Shown piece after piece: positions 59,110 through 64,000 of a stretch of DNA of 64,000 nucleotides. Position numbers and translations under genes: made by a program. Source of the stretch: Pirellulales bacterium (GTDB lineage Bacteria > Planctomycetota > Planctomycetia > Pirellulales > PALSA-1355); contig CAVTBU010000008.1 in assembly GCA_963733035.1 (NCBI GenBank), positions 64,001 through 128,000 of the forward strand, given 5' to 3'. Below the pieces are notes generated by a model, which saw nothing but the letters and a program-made list of their open reading frames with translations, did no database searches and was not told the DNA's origin. The number at the start of each line of letters is the position of its first letter. Within the stretch, counting starts at the first letter, position 1.

Positions 59110-59706
59110 CTAACCGGCCAGAATCCCGTGCTGCTTTTCGTATTGTGCGATCTTGTCCTCGTGGGCCAAGGTGAGCCCAATGTCATCCAGCCCATTGAGC
59201 AGGCAGTGTCGACGGAACGGCTCAACGTCGAACGGGATCTTCAAGCCGGCGTCGTCGCTAATCGTGCAAGTTTCCAGATCAACCGTTAGGCGATAGTCAC
59301 CGCTGGCAGCCCGTTTGAACAGTTCGTCAACCGTGGCTTCGTCCATGCGGATCGGCAGCATGCCGTTCTTGAAGCAATTGTTGTAGAAAATATCGGCGAA
59401 GCTGGGAGCAATCAACACGAGAAAGCCATAGTCGTTTAGCGCCCAGGGCGCGTGCTCGCGGCTGGAACCGCAGCCGAAATTTCGCCGGGCCAAGAGGATA
59501 CTCGCGTCTTTAAGATTCGGGGCATTGAGTTCGAAGTCGGGATTCGGCGACCCATCGTCGTTGAACCGCCAATCGAAGAACAGGAACTGGCCGAAACCGG
59601 TCCGCTCGATCCGCTTGAGAAACTGCTTCGGAATAATCTGATCAGTGTCAACGTTGGCCCGGTCCATTGCGGCGACCAGGCCTGTGTGCTTCTTGAAAGG
59701 TTGCAT
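59110..59706 (-). CDS. leuD: 3-isopropylmalate dehydratase small subunit
   Basis: [28 protein letters not shown]. Confidence 0.97.
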   Translation of the reverse strand: MQPFKKHTGLVAAMDRANVDTDQIIPKQFLKRIERTGFGQFLFFDWRFNDDGSPNPDFELNAPNLKDASILLARRNFGCGSSREHAPWALNDYGFLVLIAPSFADIFYNNCFKNGMLPIRMDEATVDELFKRAASGDYRLTVDLETCTISDDAGLKIPFDVEPFRRHCLLNGLDDIGLTLAHEDKIAQYEKQHGILAG

Positions 59707-59773
59707 GACGGATTTGTTGGTTAACGTATAAATGAGCCGCGAGCGGCGCGAAGATTCGATTCAATCGCAGGGA

Positions 59774-61189
59774 CTAGTTCTTGTAGTCCCACTGGCGGAC
59801 GTCGACAAAGTGGCCGGCAATTGCAGCCGCGGCGGCCATGGCCGGCGAAACCAGGTGCGTGCGTCCACCCTTGCCTTGACGCCCCTCGAAGTTACGGTTG
59901 CTCGTCGATGCACAGCGCTGGCCAGGTTCGAGCTTATCGGGGTTCATGGCCAGGCACATACTGCAACCGGCCTCGCGCCACTCGAAACCCGCCTCCGTAA
60001 AGACGCGGTCGAGCCCTTCGGCTTCGGCCTGTTTTTTCACCTGGCCGCTTCCCGGTACAACCATCGCCCCCACGTGACCGGACACGTGGTATCCCTTGGC
60101 CACGGCCGCGGCAGCTCGCAAATCTTCAATTCGGGAGTTCGTGCACGAGCCGATAAACACCCGATCGAGCTTCAATGCAGTGATCGCCTCGCCGGGCTCG
60201 AGGCCCATGTAGGAGAGCGCATTGGCGACCGTCTTGCGTTCCGTCTCGTCGCCTGCCTGCGTGGGATCGGGCACGCGCCCCGTCACCGGCGCAACCTGGC
60301 CGGGATTCGTCCCCCAGGTAACCTGCGGCGTGATGTCCGCCGCTTGGAATACCAACGACTTGTCGTACGTGGCGCCGGGATCCGTCGGCAGCGTTCGCCA
60401 ACGGGCCACTGCCGCCTCAAAATCCTGGGGAACGTACTGTCGGCCGCGCAGATACTCAAACGTCGTTTCGTCGGGGGCGATCATGCCGGCTCGAGCCCCG
60501 GCTTCAATGCTCATGTTGCAAACGGTCATCCGCTCTTCCATGCTCAGGCTGCGGATGGCGCTGCCGGTGTATTCGATGACGTAGCCGGTGCCGCCATCGG
60601 TGGTAATTTGGCCGATCAGATACAGGATCAGGTCCTTGGCCGTCACGCCCGGCGGAAGCTGGCCCTCGACGCGCAGCTCCATCGTCTTAGGGCGCGACTG
60701 CAGCAGCGTCTGCGTGGCCAGCACGTGCTCGACCTCGCTCGTACCAATGCCGAACGCCAGGGCACCAAAGGCCCCGTGCGTCGCCGTGTGGCTGTCGCCG
60801 CAGACAATCGTCATGCCCGGGCGCGTCAGGCCCAGCTCCGGCCCGATGACGTGCACGACGCCCTGATTGGGGTCGTTAAGGTCGTACAGGCGAATGCCGA
60901 ACTGCCGGCAATTCTCACGCAGCGTGTCGATCTGCTGCTTGGAAATCGGGTCGGCGATGGGCAGGCTGCGGTCGGTCGTCGGTACGTTGTGATCGGCGGT
61001 GGCCACCGTCAGTTCGGGCCGCCGCACCTTGCGCGAGGTGAGTCGCAATCCCTCGAACGCCTGCGCGCTGGTCACTTCGTGCACCAGTTGCAGGTCGATA
61101 TACAGGATCGTCTGCTTGCCTTCTTCGGCCAGCACGACGTGGTTGTCCCAAATCTTGGCGAACATCGTTCGCGGCGTGGAGGTAATCAT
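59774..61189 (-). CDS. leuC: 3-isopropylmalate dehydratase large subunit
   Basis: [38 protein letters not shown]. Confidence 0.97.
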   Translation of the reverse strand: MITSTPRTMFAKIWDNHVVLAEEGKQTILYIDLQLVHEVTSAQAFEGLRLTSRKVRRPELTVATADHNVPTTDRSLPIADPISKQQIDTLRENCRQFGIRLYDLNDPNQGVVHVIGPELGLTRPGMTIVCGDSHTATHGAFGALAFGIGTSEVEHVLATQTLLQSRPKTMELRVEGQLPPGVTAKDLILYLIGQITTDGGTGYVIEYTGSAIRSLSMEERMTVCNMSIEAGARAGMIAPDETTFEYLRGRQYVPQDFEAAVARWRTLPTDPGATYDKSLVFQAADITPQVTWGTNPGQVAPVTGRVPDPTQAGDETERKTVANALSYMGLEPGEAITALKLDRVFIGSCTNSRIEDLRAAAAVAKGYHVSGHVGAMVVPGSGQVKKQAEAEGLDRVFTEAGFEWREAGCSMCLAMNPDKLEPGQRCASTSNRNFEGRQGKGGRTHLVSPAMAAAAAIAGHFVDVRQWDYKN

Positions 61190-61349
61190 GGAAGTTGCGG
61201 CTCACTATGCGACGAGCGATTATCAAGCAAACTATCAGAATACCCTATTATACGATGGGCCTGCTAGGGTCCGAGCAGATCAATAGCCAGCTGGCCAGTC
61301 GCCTGTCGGTCCCGCCACTCGGCCAGCCCGACTCCTCAAAAGGAACGGG

Positions 61350-62981
61350 CTAAATGGCGCTCGCGGCCAAGGCCTCAGCCTGTTGGTCGGATTTGCCGTT
61401 GGCTCGCCACCACTCGGCGGCCGCGGCCGCACTCCATTGGCCAGCCGCTTCGCATTCGCCAAGCGCCTTGCGCAAGGCGGCCGCCGACGGATACCGATCG
61501 AGCGGATTCTTAGCCAGGCAACGCAAGATCACCTGCTCTAAATCGCGCGGCAGGTCGTCGCGGTGCCGGGTCGGCAGAACGACCTCATCGTGCGCATGCG
61601 CCAGGATGATCTTAATTGCCCGATCGCCCTCGAACGGCGGCCGGCCGGTCAGCACGTAGTAGGCAACGGCTCCCAACGAATAGACGTCCGAACGCTCGTC
61701 AGGTTCACTATCTCCAAGAGCTTGTTCGGGTGCCATGTACATCGGCGAGCCCGTAATCGAACCCTCCTGCGTGAGTTGCACCGGCACAGTGTCGTTGGAC
61801 AGCGGCTTGGCCAGCCCAAAGTCGAGCAATTTGGCCACGTCATAATAGCCGCCGCGCTGGGCGGCAAATATGTTGCCAGGCTTCAGATCGCGATGAATCA
61901 GGCCTCGTCCATGCGCTTCCGAAAGCGCGTCGCAGGTCTGCATCAGCAAATGAATCGCCCGGGCAGGCGGAAGGGGCCCATGTTTTTCGACCAGATCGGC
62001 GAGACTCAAGCCTGGTAGATACTCCATTACGTAGTAAAACGTGCCATCCTCGGTGCGCCCATAGTCGAAGATTTCAATCGTGTTCCAATGCGAAAGCTTG
62101 GCGGTGGCGCGCACCTCGCGCTCGAACCGGGCCAGCGCTTGCTTGTCGGCAGCCTTCCCGGGCCGAATCAGCTTAATCGCCACGGGGCGCTTCATCATCT
62201 GATGTTCGGCCAGGTAGACATCGCCCATTCCACCGGAACCGATCAAGTTCACGAGTCGGTATTGGCCGAGTTGCTTCGCCTCAAAGGCTTCCTCGCGCAA
62301 TTCGTTGATTACGTGTGTGCCGTAGGTCGCGGCCAGGAACGTGACTCCCATGATGATGACCAATTCCATCACGAACGAGCGGTGGGCGGCCATGGCCGCC
62401 GCGTAGGCCGGATCCTGCCACCACAAATACACCGAGAGCAAGACAGGTGCCGCGCACATTACGCCGAGAATCCAGGCTGCCCGTCGCCAGCGGTTCGGGA
62501 TGAACATCGCATAGATGAACACGGTGCCCACCCAAGGAGCAAGCTGGTCGTGTGTCATGCCGCGTTCGGCCAGCAATTTCGAAACCCAGTATTGCTGGTG
62601 CACGAAATACGCCGTCGGCAGGCCAAAAATGGCCACCTCGTAAACGCGAAGCTTCCGCAACGAGATCGAGCATTTCCGGCACAGCGAAAAGAACGAAAGT
62701 CCTAAGACCAGGGTGACGCCCAGATGGAAAACAAAGTCGACCGATGGGTCGATCCCCCCCATGAACAGCCGCCAGACGAAAAACGAACCGAAGGCCAGAC
62801 AGAGCAGCCCGGCAGCGGCTCTCAGACGCGTACGGAGCAGGGTAGCCGTTTCGGTGCTGATCTGGGGACCACTGCCCTCGATGATCGCCACTTGATTCAA
62901 CGCGGTGCCTGGGGGCGTCGACAGCTCGCCCACCTGGGCGTCCAGCGTGATCTCGGTCGAAGATTTGGAGACGGTAGGCAC
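61350..62981 (-). CDS. Ser/Thr protein kinase with N-terminal multi-TM sensor
   Basis: IGSGGMGDVY, VAIK, HRDLKPGN, DFG, YMAPE; start uncertain. Confidence 0.93.
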   Translation of the reverse strand: MPTVSKSSTEITLDAQVGELSTPPGTALNQVAIIEGSGPQISTETATLLRTRLRAAAGLLCLAFGSFFVWRLFMGGIDPSVDFVFHLGVTLVLGLSFFSLCRKCSISLRKLRVYEVAIFGLPTAYFVHQQYWVSKLLAERGMTHDQLAPWVGTVFIYAMFIPNRWRRAAWILGVMCAAPVLLSVYLWWQDPAYAAAMAAHRSFVMELVIIMGVTFLAATYGTHVINELREEAFEAKQLGQYRLVNLIGSGGMGDVYLAEHQMMKRPVAIKLIRPGKAADKQALARFEREVRATAKLSHWNTIEIFDYGRTEDGTFYYVMEYLPGLSLADLVEKHGPLPPARAIHLLMQTCDALSEAHGRGLIHRDLKPGNIFAAQRGGYYDVAKLLDFGLAKPLSNDTVPVQLTQEGSITGSPMYMAPEQALGDSEPDERSDVYSLGAVAYYVLTGRPPFEGDRAIKIILAHAHDEVVLPTRHRDDLPRDLEQVILRCLAKNPLDRYPSAAALRKALGECEAAGQWSAAAAAEWWRANGKSDQQAEALAASAI

Positions 62982-63220
62982 CGACGTCTCCCGAGAAACT
63001 AGGGGCAGGAAAACCAACCGCAGTACGTAACTCCATCATATCCGGTTCGGAAATCCCCAGCGAGGTCAGCCCTGGGCCAATTCGGCGACTGCCACCGAGC
63101 CACACGGGGTGGTCACAGCCCGATGCCCGGACCGGATAGTCACTTACGCATTTGCTAGACACCAAACGGCCGCGTCGGGTTCTGTGGTCCCAAAAAGGTT
63201 CTGGACGATCGCTATCCGAC

Positions 63221-63766
63221 CTACGCCGCTCGGCGACGGCCGCTGCCCGCCCACTCTCGAACCTTGGACAACTCGACGGTTTGGAACGAAATCCCCTCGC
63301 TGCCGGCTGCCTCGCGAAGTACGAGCGAACCGCTGTTGAGCATACGCGGCAGATAGAACCAGGCCCCTGCCAGCGCCGCATCGTTGTGATTGGCCGAAAT
63401 CAACACCAGATCGACGTCAGGTAGTGCATTGGCCACCCGCGCCAAGGCCCCAGCGGGCTCTCCGGGGATGAGCTGCGACTGGGCATCGGTCATCTTGAGT
63501 TGCCGGTGACAGTCCTTCAACGAGAGCTTCGGTTCGCTGGGCCCCCGCGCTTCGAACAGATCAATTGCCGCATACCGGATAGGCTCACCCTCGACTAACT
63601 TTTGCGCAAAAGCAAGCATCCGGAGCGTGCGGTCCATCGTGCTGATGCCAATTTCCAAGACTTTTCTCGGCCGTTTCTTGCGCAGGAGGCGATAGAGAGC
63701 GCGATCCGACGCCGGTTTGGAAAAGTAGGAAAGATAGAGGTATCGTAGAGTGGTGGCGAGACGCAA
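63221..63766 (-). CDS. Hypothetical methyltransferase-fold-like protein
   Basis: KVLEIGI, IDLFE, DLVLIS; TTG start. Confidence 0.6.
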   Translation of the reverse strand: MRLATTLRYLYLSYFSKPASDRALYRLLRKKRPRKVLEIGISTMDRTLRMLAFAQKLVEGEPIRYAAIDLFEARGPSEPKLSLKDCHRQLKMTDAQSQLIPGEPAGALARVANALPDVDLVLISANHNDAALAGAWFYLPRMLNSGSLVLREAAGSEGISFQTVELSKVREWAGSGRRRAA

Positions 63767-64000
63767 CGTTCACCCTCCCTGGTGATTTGCGTGTGCTTGG
63801 CGGGGTTTCGATGCAAGTTATTTTCGGTTGACATCGGCGGCGAAATGGAGCGGAAACCAACTCGCCGACGGCAAGGGGCCGTCCTGGCATGGCACCTCTC
63901 GCAACGGCGGCAATCCTTGCCAAAGTCCCCCAGAACCCGTTCCGCGCAAGTCGATTGGCTCAACTACCTTCCCTCTGGACGCGGCACCCTGGTGGCGAGT

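Noticed and set aside
59732..61267. 511-aa plus-strand ORF
   Set aside because: Antisense shadow of leuC, expected from high-GC codon bias
1..64000. CRISPR array or cas genes
   Set aside because: No regularly spaced repeat-spacer array seen; the repeats found are att sites, iterons, IS ends or coding low-complexity tracts

Overview
GC-rich bacterial chromosome segment. The gene content (DUF1559 prepilin-like protein, ECF sigma/Ser-Thr kinase modules, PEP-CTERM protein, BBP7-like porins, PQQ-type propeller) points to Planctomycetota, probably Pirellulales; this is an inference. Core genes are glpK (partial), rho, uvrB, nadC, rpsU, bioB, leuC, leuD and an RND efflux pair. The main accessory feature is a 16.7-kb phage-satellite-like element integrated in tRNA-Ser(GGA), bounded by a 56-bp direct repeat (6202-6257 / 22932-22987). 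It encodes an integrase, HTH regulators, an excisionase, a helicase with an iteron origin, and TerS plus TerL, but no recognisable capsid or portal. Its cargo includes a membrane-anchored J-domain-like gene and a specialised Hsp70 that were originally head-to-head. They are now split by a nested 3.7-kb IS1-family transposon (26-bp terminal inverted repeats, 8-bp target duplication CGAATTGC) carrying HEPN-like, SLATT-like, RHH-like and other passenger genes. A second highlight is a roughly 400-nt, terminally closed, multi-domain structured RNA candidate in the long rho leader. Six frameshifts between 23.6 and 39.9 kb are probably assembly errors. All protein calls rest on motif recognition and all RNA pairings on manual inspection; no searches or folding programs were run.
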